From positions 2,108,001 through 2,172,000 of the forward strand of contig OZ218962.1 of NCBI GenBank assembly GCA_965112735.1: a stretch of 64,000 nucleotides of DNA, written 5' to 3'. The notes beneath the pieces were generated by a model, which was given only the letters and a program-made list of their open reading frames with translations, made no database searches and was not told the origin of the DNA. Shown here piece by piece: positions 40,733 to 52,270 of the stretch. Numbering within the stretch: position 1 is the stretch's first letter; each line of letters opens with the position of its first letter. Position numbers and translations under genes: made by a program. The stretch comes from Phaeosaccion multiseriatum (lineage: Eukaryota; Protista; Ochrophyta, other classes).

Positions 40733-43589
40733 TCATTTCACCTTCTCCTTACCACCCTCACCGTCCTTACCCTCCCCACTTCCACCCTGCAGTGCAAAGT
40801 ATGCCTCCGTGAGCCTTGCCGCCGCTGCTTCCTCTCTCGCGCTTCCCGCAGCGTGGCACAGTCGCGCCTCTTCTTCGCTCAGGTCTAATTCAGGGACCAC
40901 GGCAGCGATGGCAGCAGACGCGAGAGGCCAGCACACGGTCCCGACTAAGGGGAGCGTGTTGAGGTAGGCGAAGGGGAGAGAGAAGCCAAAGGCCAGGCCG
41001 ACGTTACGGTACAAGATGGATTGTTGTCCTGTGAAGAGCAAGTGGATAGAGAGCGGTTTATCCACGAGGAGGGAGGGAGAGGAGAGGGGAGGAGAGGAGA
41101 CGAGGGGAAGGAAGGGGGAAGGGGGAGGGGAGGGGAGGGAAGGGAAGGAGAGGGAGAGGGCAGATTGAGAAGATTGAGAGGGGACAAATGAGACGACGAG
41201 AGGAGAGGAGAGGCGAGGAGCGAAGAGAACTTTCGATTATCCTGTGATTGACTCACTCTTGGGGCCTAAGTTTGATCGAGCCCAGAAGGGCGTAAGCAGT
41301 TCCGAAAACACCAAGAGGCTCGTTAGGAACAGCTGAGAGGGGGCAGAGGGGGAAAGGAGAGAGAGAGGGGCGGGGGGGGGGAGGGAGGTGGAAGAGACAG
41401 GGGAGAGAGATGGAAGGGAGGGGAAGGGGCATGTAGGAGAGAGAGAGGGCGAGGGAGAGATATATAGAGAGGGAGGGAGAGGAGGACAGATGGTGGGGGA
41501 GAATGAGAAACGGGAAGAGAGAGATAAAGAGGCGGCGACAGAGAGGGGAGGGACGGGGGGTTAGCGAGAGAGAGTATAGAGAAGGCGAAAAAAGCAAGAG
41601 CAGAGCAGTGGGCCAACGAAGCAGCAAGCAGTCCCGTGAAAGAACGTAAGGGAAAGAAATGCAGGCCATGAGCACTAACACACTTTGCAAGCGACTCATC
41701 CTCCACACGCACACACGCACGCACACACGCACGCACGCACGCACGCACGCACGCACACTCACATGCGTGATCGTCTCGATGGAGTCTCTTGTGTGTGAAC
41801 GCACGCCGTGACTTTCAGCGCAGTACATTGTGGCAAGGACCAGGGGGGCGGCGAACTTCATAGGGACCCACTTCGCCATGGCGTGGGCTTGGAGGTAGAG
41901 CTGCTCGTGGGGGACGAGAGAGACGAGGCAGAGGGGAGGGTTGGTACTTTTACGTGCGTGTCAAGTGGAAGTTTAGCGAGGTAGTAGGTACGCACCTTTC
42001 ACACAGACATACATGTATGCGCGCCCACCCACCCACGCATCACTCATGCACCACACGCACACACACACACTCAGACTCATTGTCTCTCTCTCTCCCTCTC
42101 CGTCTTCCTCTCTCTCTCTCTCTACCTCTCTCCCTCTCTTCTCTCTCGCTATCTCCCTCTCTTCTCTCTCTCGCTCCCTCTCTCCCTCTCTCCCTCTCTA
42201 ATCTCCCTCGTTCTCGCTCTCTCCCCCTTCCTCTCTCTCTCTTGCTGTCGCTCTCTCCCTCTCCCTCCCTCTCCCTCCCTCTCCCTCTCTCTTACATGAG
42301 CATAGGCCCGCCACTTATATAAGCATAGGCCCAGAACTTACCGTTGCGGGGGTGCGGAAGATGCCTGGCATGGGCGTTGCCTGGAGCATCAACCGGATGG
42401 GCCTGCGTTTGGAGCAGGAGGAGGGAGTAAGCGAGCGAGCGAGCGAGCGAGCGAGTGAGTGAGTGAGTGAGTGAGTGAGTATACACATTGCATCCACTTT
42501 CGAAGGGTCTGCCGACACTGCATCCCACACCCAAAAGCCGTAGGTCTAACGCCATGCAAGGAGACGAAGGGGGGCACTAAGGCGCCTTAAATGATCCGCG
42601 AGAGTTGCATTGCCGTAGTCTACTGCCCTGTATATGTTTGTATGGGAAAAGTGGCACAATACACCTACCCCGCCACCCCCCCCCCCCCCTCCTTTTCTGC
42701 CCTCTCTTCATTCCTCCTCTTTCCTTTCGTGTGCAATTAAATTAGCACCGCGGCTCATGAAACAGTCTTACGTGAAGGAAAAGGCACGCATTGCGTTCTG
42801 TATCGTGACCATGAGGTTGCCAAGCATGTACGACTGACTTGCCCTGCTCTCCAGTCTACCGGCGAGCTTCGGGTCGACCTTCCAGAGCGTCTGCAAGGAC
42901 ACGTCCCGTGCGTACGGGGCAAGGACGGGAGGGGGGGGGCGGGGTGGGTAGCAGAGAGGGGAGTGAGGAGGTGGGAGATGAGGTGCTTCGCTTCCTCACC
43001 ATCCGTGGCACCAAGACACGAGAAAGAAAGCTCCAGAGATTGAGGGTGAAGGGTTTGGGGAAGGCTCAGAGTCGAGGAGAAGGCCGGGGCGGCGTGCGAA
43101 TACATTCACCAAGAGAGGGGAACAACGAGGACATGCTCCACAAAGCGAAGTGAAACAAAGAGTCAACGGGCGAGGGAAGGCGGACGGGCGAGTAGAACGC
43201 ACACGGAGGGCACTGCCTGCACACTTCTTTTGCAGTTGGAGTACCAAGGAAGGAAAGCTGAGAGCCTGCCTCTATGGTGCCTCGCTTGCCTGAAAGAATG
43301 TTGCCTGCATGGGCTCTGAGAGTAAGGTTGTGGCAGCAACCATCGTGGCTGCTTGAACGAGGTAGTGCATCCACGACTTGAGAAAGGTGGATGTAGCGTC
43401 ACCAGTGCCAAAGAAGTAGCGAATGCCGTAGAGCTGTGAGAGCATTTGCGCAGCAGCAGCAGTAGGTGTGGAGTATGAGAGAGATGCGTGAGAGAGGGGG
43501 TGGGCGAGAGATACGACCTGAGAGCTGAAAAGTGAACATTGAAGAGACAGGAAGAGAGAGAGAAAGAGAGATAAAGCGGACACACACAC

Positions 43590-43632
<43 letters not shown>

Positions 43633-44113
43633 AAGAGAAAGAGAGAGAAAGACGAGCCAGAGACAGAGATAAAGAGACAGAGAGGGAGACGGGGAAAGAC
43701 AGACAGGGCCAGGGAGAAGGACAGAGAGAAAGGCAGCAGAGAGAGCCAACGAAAAGAGTTGACGTCGAGGACGTTCGCTTGTCTCAATTACGTACCGGCA
43801 ATAAGCAAGCGTGTCCACCAGTGTACAGACTGACTGAGAGGATCGAGGCCTTGACAGCAACGGACTTCATGGTCCTCACCTGAGAATATCGCAAGTGCAT
43901 AGAAGCGAGGAGAAGCAGCGACGAGATGAGAGACAAGAGCGAAGAAAAGGTCCAAGAAGAGAGCAGAGGGTAGGAATATGTTGGACAAGGGGGTAGACAG
44001 GGGCTGCTGCTTTCTCATCTTACCTGAGAGTTCCTCAGGGCCAGATAGACGCCGACGGCGCAGAGCCTTGGGCCCTGCACGAAGCTGTACACCACAGCGC
44101 CTACGCTACTCAT
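40733..44113 (-). CDS. Multi-exon membrane protein, EI24/CysZ-like (tentative)
   Basis: Exons MSSVGAVVYSFVQGPRLCAVGVYLALRNSQ, MLSQLYGIRYFF...TFFQ, TLWKVDPKLA..., LYLQAHAMAKWVP... and LAFGFSLPFAYLNTLPLVG...AAIAA. The family assignment rests on the last motif only. Confidence 0.5.
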
Positions 44114-46077
44114 GATGACTCAAGTTAGCTTCTCCCTTCAGGAGGGTGCACGCCGGCGCATACTGCTGCTGCTGTAGGTATAGGTATAGGAAAGAGGAGG
44201 AAAGAAAAGGGAAGAGGAGGGGAGAAAATTTTACTTTTATTTTCTTTTTTTCTCCCTTTCTCTTCCTTTTCTCCACGTCAACAACTGCGTATGCCCCATG
44301 CAGAGCGCCTTCGTCACAAGGTAAGCAAGAAAGAAGGGAGGGAACTAACTCGTCCTCTCTTCCCTCGTCTCCCCCTTCTCTCCTCTGACCGACATCCGCT
44401 CCTCCACATGCTTTTTTCCCCCCCGTTCAGGCGACAGCCCGGTAATGAAGGGAAGGGGGAAGAAGAGGGAGGCGAGAGCGGCAGTGAAGGCCCAAGTACG
44501 GAGGAAGAGAAGGCTTGCTTCGCTCTGTTGGAGGAGGTGGGAGTGGGTTGAGGCGGGCAGTGGCTCTACTGTGGAATGAAGATCCTCTCAGCTGCGGTCA
44601 ATCGGAAGGGGGCTGTTTCAGGTTTGAATGTACGAGGCTCTTGCCATTCCGCGCCACGAAGAATGGCCATTGTGCAGCAAGACGGCATGAACTTGTCCCA
44701 AGCCGGCTTCTCAGTGCGGGGCCCCAGAACTGGCACAAGAGCTGATCTCTGCTGGCGCGAGGGTTGATATGAGTGATTCTGAAGGCAGCACCGCTTTGCT
44801 GTACGGGCCATGGCCGTGTTATGCAGTTGCTGCTGAGCTCAGGCGTATCAGGTGTAGACCCGCATCAAGCTCAAGCCAGCGGCCGCTCATGGACGTCGCG
44901 CTGACCTCGAGAAACTAAGTGGAGATGAAGGTCAACTGCGGTTGGAGGGCACCGGCGTGCTGAAAGCGCTTCTGAGGGGAGGTGCATACAATGCTGCGAA
45001 CGCCCCCGACGGTGACGGGGCCCTGCATTTGGGGCCCTGCAGTGACTATGAATACCCAAGTGGCACCGGTGATCTTCCTTGATGTGATACGAGAGAGAGG
45101 CAGAGAGACAGCTATGAGGGAGACAGTTACTAGAGAGACAGTTACGAGATAGACAGCTACGAGAGAAAGACATGGGAGAGGGTGGTGTCACAAGTATTGC
45201 CAGTTATGTGACAGTGGTGCGTCTGCTGGTCTGTCTACTGGAGCCAATCCTGATGGGGAGAAGGCCCCTCTCCTGAGCTCCCAAGTGGTGATGAGAGGGC
45301 CGTACCATTAGTCATTAGCATATCTCGCGGCAGTGGAGGGACGGCCACAGTTTGGTTGTGTTGGATCTGCTCTCAAAAGGATGCCCCACTTTGCAAAGGC
45401 CTTGACTCAAGCGCAGCTGCCCCACCCACAAGGCTGTGGAGCGCCTTCTGGCGGCGAATGGGGAGCATACTGTGTTGGACGTACTGCAGGGGAATGGGGG
45501 GAGTAAAAGGCGAAACAATTGTCTCACAAAGGAACGAAGAGTTCCATGGGCAGAGCGGCGCAGAGGTACTGTGATGGCCATGCATGCCCCCCCCCCCGAG
45601 TGGAGTGGTGGAAGGAGCGGGAGCCACAAAAGCCACATGCACATACTGCTGTCTGCGAATGGGAGCCTTCCCATTGACAATGAGGGAGTTATTGGGCGTG
45701 CTGGGACGACCTCGCGCTCTGCGCTCAACAGGCGCTCATCAGGGGCCGCACTGGCAAAAGGAGGTGGTGGACACCCACGTCAATCGCATTGAGATGATAA
45801 AATACGTATTTATAAACTGTTCTCTCCCTCCATCTTTGTCTCTCTATCTCTCTCTCTATCGTACCTAACTTGAGTAAATCGCAATGGTGCAGATGAGAAC
45901 ATGTGCGTAATGTACACCAGAGCGTGTTAGACGTGATGCGCCTGCGACATATGAGATGATAAATACGCATGTATTGCACGTCAATAAATTCCCTGTCCCG
46001 GCTCTATTCCCCCCCCTCTATCCTACCTTCCCCTACCTACCAACACGCAGGCACCCAACCCCTACCGGATCGGCTCT

Positions 46078-47241
46078 TTAGTACTCATCAGCAGTGAGCG
46101 CCATTGCCTCCCCCCCGGACTCTGCCGCCACAGCCTCCGTTCCGGTGAGGAGCTCAAGCAGGTCTTCCAGGACCTCTCCCTTGTTGTTCATGTAGTCGAA
46201 GCGAAGGGGGTGGAAGTAGTCCAAGGTGTCGGGCCCGGTGTTGATCTGGATGCCGCCCAACAGGGCGAATCCCTCCTTGGTGCCACCGGCGCCCGTCTCA
46301 ACAATGTTCTGCATCAAGAGGTCCTGGGACTCAAAGAGGGCGTAAGGGAGCTCCACCATTCGGTTCTCAGCGTCCGTCAGCCGCTTGCCGAAGGGAAGGA
46401 TGAATTGTTGCACAGCGCCCTGTTGGAAGTCCGAGAAGGATTGAATATTGCTGGTAATCTGGGCTCCTCCGTCGGTGATACCCTGCAGGTAGTTGTTGGC
46501 CGCCACGGCACTTCCACAGCAGGTATCCACGAGCTCGATTCCGTTGCGCTCTACCTTGCCTACGGTACCGTCCTTGGAAACGCCCACGTGCGGGCCATAG
46601 ACAGTGAGGCAGTAGCCATCGTCGGGAATGTGCGCCGCCATGGCGCCGAAGCCCGTGTTGCCAGCAAAGGGAAAGCCCGACAGACCACCCAGGTTAAAGT
46701 TTTTGCCGTACACCTTGACAAAGTCGTCCTCCAGCGTACGAGCAAGCTCGTCACAGCAGAGAGAAGTGGCCAGGAGCGTGTTGCTTGGCTTGTAGCCCCT
46801 CTCTGCGAGGATGGAGACGACACTGGACTCGAGCGAGTTGTTGTCGATGGCCCCAGGGAAGATGCTCTTGACCATCTGATCAAAGTCAGGATCTATCTTC
46901 GGCGCAGCCTCCTCTTCTAACAGGCGCTTGAGCTTGTCGAGAATGGGCTCATCGTCTCCTGCGAAGAAGAAAAGGCGAGGAGTGGACATGGCAAGGCGGG
47001 GAAGGGGGGACGGGCTAAGCAACGCATAGAGTATTGAGTTTTGAAACCGCACACCCCCCCGCAGGTGTGCCCACTTGCCACACGAAGGGAGGGACAGGAG
47101 GGCGTTGGTCAACTCACCCGGAATGACACGAAGAGAGCTGGTGCTTCGGGGGGAGTGTGCACGGGACACAGACTTCACTATGGGCTGAACAAAGGCATTG
47201 CACGAGGCAAGCAGAGCAATGCAGGCACAGGCAGTCTTCAT
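46078..47241 (-). CDS. LCIB: LCIB/LCIC-family theta-type carbonic anhydrase, plastid-targeted, with intron 46959-47117
   Basis: TSLCCDE, GGLSGFPFAGNTGFGAMAAHIPDDG, YGPHVG, CCGSA and LLGGIQINT motifs. Presequence MKTACACIALLASCNAF. Confidence 0.92.
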   Translation of the reverse strand: MKTACACIALLASCNAFVQPIVKSVSRAHSPRSTSSLRVIPGELTNALLSLPSCGKWAHLRGGVRFQNSILYALLSPSPLPRLAMSTPRLFFFAGDDEPILDKLKRLLEEEAAPKIDPDFDQMVKSIFPGAIDNNSLESSVVSILAERGYKPSNTLLATSLCCDELARTLEDDFVKVYGKNFNLGGLSGFPFAGNTGFGAMAAHIPDDGYCLTVYGPHVGVSKDGTVGKVERNGIELVDTCCGSAVAANNYLQGITDGGAQITSNIQSFSDFQQGAVQQFILPFGKRLTDAENRMVELPYALFESQDLLMQNIVETGAGGTKEGFALLGGIQINTGPDTLDYFHPLRFDYMNNKGEVLEDLLELLTGTEAVAAESGGEAMALTADEY

Positions 47242-49648
47242 GGCTGTGTTGAGCACGAGGCACGAGAGCAAGAGTCAGGCCGTAAAAGCTTGTAGGAATG
47301 ATAAATGTTTAATGAACACAGCGGCCTATTTCTTTCTCCCCCCCACCAGGGTCACTGTATGGATGGGATATGGAGTTTTGCGTACGGATGGGATGGGAGC
47401 GCACAGATTCATATTTATAAGGAGATTCCAACCTTCAATTCTACATGTGCTTTCCCCGCCTCTGCCAAAGCTGGTCACGGAGCTCCCTCCTCTCATCGAG
47501 CTATCGCTGTACACTCCCTCCCACCTCCGCCCAAGGAGACACTGACAAAAAAAAGTTTGAAGTTTGCGGGTGTTGGCCAACAAGAAAAAAAAAAGAGCAG
47601 CGAGCGCGTGCGTGGCGCCGCCCAGCCAGTGGCAGCAGCAGACCTGCGCCTGCCTGCGAGGAGGCGGAAAGAGACAGCACAGACCTGTGCACGTTGCGTA
47701 CATACTCCGGGCTGGACAGCTTCGGGCCGCAGCAGCGCGACGACATTCCCTTTCGTAGTCTCTCGACACTCAAGTCATCGGTCTACTCGAAGCGAGCTAG
47801 CTAGGCAAGGAGAGGCAGAAGAGTGAGGGGACAAATCTGCATCTGTAGTACTGTCGTTAAACAGGAGAGAATCCGAGTCAGCCCATGGGGAAGAAATCCC
47901 CCCCCTCGCCTACGTCTAGGCCGCCCAGGTCGTGGCCTAGAAAATGGGCCAAGGGCCTAAGGCCCTCTCTAGGCCGGACAACTCTCCTAAATAGGCCTAG
48001 GCCGCTAGGCGTGTCTGGGGCTGACTGTCATGTACACTAGTCAAGCAGCGCATAGCCTGGCTGTCGAGACATGAGCAAAGTGTGTCAGGGCGGGGCCGGC
48101 TCCGCCCTCCATCTTGCTTCCTTCCTCATCGAGAGCATTGGCTACAGTCAGCGAGCTTGCTTGTCGCCCCGGAGTCAAGAGTCAGCTCTTCTTCGTCGCT
48201 TCCTCCACGGCCCACTCTTTCCACTCCCCTCCTCCTCCTCGGTCTCGATCTGATCCAGCTCAAGGCCGTACGCGCACAGTCCACCAGGGTCTTCATCGCC
48301 CTTGCCATGCCCTCGCCATACCCTCCATGCAGAACAAGTCCGCTGCTTGTAGAGGTCGGCCTGCCTCGCTCAAATTGCGTCGAACAGCTTCACACGCTCC
48401 CTCTTCTTCCCTCCCCCGCCATTGCCTTCAGCCAGCTTCCCTTCCTCCTCCCCTGGCTGCTGCTGTTCCTGCGGCTGCTCGCACCCCCCTCTGCCCCCCC
48501 CCCCCCCTGCCGGCGTTCCCGTCAGCAGCTGCTCCGTGACTTCTTCGGGCAGCCTCAATGCCCTCGCTCCTCGGTGAACTTCACATTTTACCACAGCCTC
48601 AAAGCCCTCCTCGCTCGGTGAACTTCACACCACAGTACTCCAGCTCTACGCTCCCCGTCTCTTCCTTGCCCTTGCTCGCCTACCCCGTTCTCCTCTCCGT
48701 GCTTCCTCGCGTCAAGCATACTCACAAGACTGTCTGCTGCTGGGGCTTCGCCTGGCTGTGGAGGTCTTGCTTGTCAATCTCTCAATGATCCTCGCTCGCC
48801 GCCAGCCGCCTCATCAGAGGGATATGCAGCCAGGACGTACTCCTTCTCACCCTTCTCTCCACAAGCAAGGAGTTTTATTCGCCAGCCGAACAACAAACCG
48901 CACTGCAGTGTCAGCCCTCTCCCAGTTAGCAGCGGCCAAAACGGATCAGGAGTGCTCCGAAATGATGGTGCGAGCGAAGCCTGGCTGTCTTCGATAGCAA
49001 AGTCGCGCTTTCCTCGTCGCTCCTTTCCTTCTCGATAAAATAAGCAATCAAGTCGCCGAAGCCTGCCGCCTTCGCCACATCGATGATCTGGTCTTCCCCA
49101 TCAATACGGGCGCCCATCTTCAGCAGGAATGCAGCCACATTCTCACGCTCTTCTCTTCTCTCCTCTTTTCTTCTTTTTTATACGCACTGCCTGTCCCTGC
49201 TTTCCCAGGCAGGGCGCATGTCATGCACGACACCAGCCAAAGTCAAGGGCTTTCAACACCGTCGGTGAGGGCATCGACTGCAGCTCCACCCTCCACCCTC
49301 GGCCGGGCTGTCGCGACATGTAGAAATTGTTCCGATCGTCGTCCCCTCCTGCCCCTTTCCCGTCACCCTTTCTCGTTCCTCCTCAATTGTCCTCGGCGAG
49401 GACTTCCCCCTCTGGCTAGAAGGAGCATTGGGATAAATACAGTATTTAAAAGTATTACCCCCATGGAAAGAGAATGGGGTAGCAAAGAGGGCGGGGCAGG
49501 GAGTGGCAAGAGTTGTGAGGAGTTGGAAGGGAAGAGCATGAGTTTCAAATTTTTGGGCGGGAATCTCAGCCACAGCGGCGAATTTACTCGGGCCCACTCA
49601 ATTCCACACTCGGCCACTCTCTCATGACGGAGACCTTTCCTTGGAACG

Positions 49649-49836
49649 TGATCATCACATCACTTTCGTGATCATCACATCACTTTCGTCTTGTATAGAG
49701 TGCAGTTCCTTCCCACTTCCCACTTTTTCACCTTCCCCCTTCCTGATCATCACATCACTTTCGTGATCATCACATCACTTTCGTCTTGTATAGAGTGCAG
49801 TACCTTCCCACTTCCCACTTTTTCACCTTCCCCCTT
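49649..49836. repeat. Nested tandem duplication: 95-bp unit x2, each with 20-bp tgatcatcacatcactttcg x2
   Basis: Read directly. It lies ~160 bp upstream of metalloprotease copy 3. Confidence 0.9.
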
Positions 49837-49998
49837 CCCTTTCTTTCCTCTCCTCACACCTCTCTCCGAGCCTTTGTTCTATACTACCCCCTAGACCTGG
49901 CCCTTCGCTCTTGTCCCCTTCTTCCTCCTCACTGCACACTGCACCTGGTGTTGCAACCACGAGCCAAGCAACAAGGAGCAGTGGCAGCCGTACAAGCT

Positions 49999-50050
49999 AT
50001 GCCACCCATGATGCAGTCACTGCTGTGCGGCGTGCTACTGCTTCCCTTTC

Positions 50051-50082
<32 letters not shown>

Positions 50083-52270
50083 CCCGCCAAGCCCCTGGCG
50101 TCGCTGGTGGCTGAGGTGCTAGCGGGAGACTACACTGCGACGTTGGTGCCCGGAGGGAGAAGGACTGTGGACATCCCAGCGGTGTGGGACCCTTCGGAGG
50201 AGCCGTCTAACACGAGAGTGGAGAGGGTCGAGGTGGTGAACGGAGGCACGAGAAGGAGGTTGGCACCGGGCTGCGACTACAGCGCGATTTTCGACGTGAC
50301 CTTCTCGCCCAGCCCGGCCCCTGCGGAGGAAGTGAGGCAGGCAGAGGCCGCCACGGAAGAAGCCTTGTGCATGTGGGCGGACGTGTTCGAACCTGGCGAC
50401 GGAAGTCCTATCCGCCTCCGCATCGATCCTTTGGCGGATTTGGGCGAGCCGGTGACCACCTCAGGAGGCGGCGTCGGAACGATCCTGGCATTCGCACAAG
50501 TCGAACTTGAACTCGTCTCGTACTCATCGAGTGATGGGACAAGCGTATTGCTTGAAGAGACGCCAGCGCAGCTTCGGTATCAAGGGGTCTTCACGGAGGA
50601 GGAGCTTGATGTGGAGTTCGACGGCAACATCGAGTTCAACCGAGATGTTGATTGGCACTATGGAGAGGGTGGAACCATCGGCTTCGGAGAGTTCGATTAC
50701 GTAACCGTTATGGCGCACGAAATCGGGCACGTGCTGGGCTTTTACGATCCCATAGTCTTGGTCGAGTCTCAGCCCTTCTGGAGTGAGTTCATTGATCCAA
50801 ATGTGAGTCCAAGCGCCATCACGGAGAGAAAAGAGAGAGAGAGAGAGAGAGAGGGATAGAGCGCGAGAAAGAGAGGGAGATGGGAAGGAGCGAAGCGTCA
50901 AGTTCGTGTCGATGGCGGGACCGCTCGGCGCTTGGTGTGCATGGAGACGTGCATGGAGACACCAACCCTCTTGACCGAGATGTTTAACTCTCTCCTTCCT
51001 CCCCGCCCCCTCCTGACCGAAATCCTTCCTCCCCGCCCCCTTCTCTCTCCTGCTGATCTCTCCTTTGTCCCCCTCCCCCTCCCAAAGGGAGCCCGCGTGG
51101 ACAACTACTTGGGGTCATTGTTTACCTTAGCAATGACCGACGGTAACCAAGGCACGCCTCTCACTCCATTCAACTTCCCGACCTCCCTGAGCACTGGAAC
51201 TACCAGCTACATCTTCACAGCCGGCAGTCTCTGCTTTTATGACGAACCGAGTGAGTCTAGTTTTCAGTGTGGGCCTTTTTCATTCTTCACTACTACTACA
51301 CTACAAAGAGAATTGATTTCTGGGGGAGGGGGACTTCAGCATCGCTCAACAATCTTCTCTTCCTCCGTCCCTCTCTCCACTCCCTCCACGCCCTCCACTC
51401 CCTCCCTCCCACCTTCACGCACTCCCTCCCTCACTCACTCACTCACTCACTCACTCACTCCCTATCCCCTCCCTTCACTCCCTCCTCCCCCCCCCCCTTG
51501 CAGCGGACGTATGTGTACCCGCATACACGCCCAGCGTCTACAGCCCCGGGTCCTCAATGAGTCACTTCGACGAAGCGTACTTCGCCGCAGGGAGTGTGGA
51601 CAGCCTCATGACCTCGGGTGCCCAAGAGTCGGAGGTAGCGCGTTGCGTAGGTGCCCTCACGCAGAGGGTGTTTGAACAACTCGGATATGTGCTGTCCACC
51701 GACTGCCGCTCCACCTGCGCCAGCCTTATCACGGGGGAAACAGACCCCCTGGACGCCTCATGCAGCAGCGGTGGCGGCGCGTCAACAACGCCTGCCCCTG
51801 TAACTTCCACCACCACGAGCTCACCGTCTACTCCCGCACCTGCTGCACCGATCACGGGGGGAGAGCGCGATAATGACCTGACCCCTGCCCCCGCAGATGC
51901 CAATCCCGCACCGGGTGGCCTCACGACGCCGGCACCTGCACCGATCACGGGGGGAGAGCGCGATACTGACCTGACCCCTGCCCCCGTCGACCAACAACAA
52001 GGCGAACAAGGATCCGCAGACGACACTCCCGCACCAGTTGGCCTCACGACCCCGCCACCTTCCTCAGCGGCCGCGGGCGGAGGCGGTGGCGGTGGCCCTA
52101 CGACCGGCCCGACGGAGGACCCCGTGCTGATAGATGGCGCGAGCGGACAGGACTCAGCCGGATCGAGTGTCAGCAGCAACGGCCTCTCTGCCCTGACCCT
52201 GGCCCTGTGCGTGTCCCTTGCGTCCACTCTGTTGGTGTCGCACACACACATGTCGACTTCGACTTTGTGA
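49999..52270 (+). CDS. Leishmanolysin-like GPI-type zinc metalloprotease, copy 3 (short stalk). Exons ~49999-50802, 51088-51250, 51503-52270
   Basis: Same motifs and intron positions as copies 1 and 2. Confidence 0.8.

Noticed and set aside
44380-45830. Coding-like degenerate region as a gene or transposase
   Set aside because: Multiple stops and no motif I can recognise. It is left unannotated pending tBLASTx.
45790-45967. Imperfect 16-17-bp direct repeat tgagatgataaa(a)tacg as a TSD
   Set aside because: Imperfect, and the enclosed sequence has no element hallmarks.
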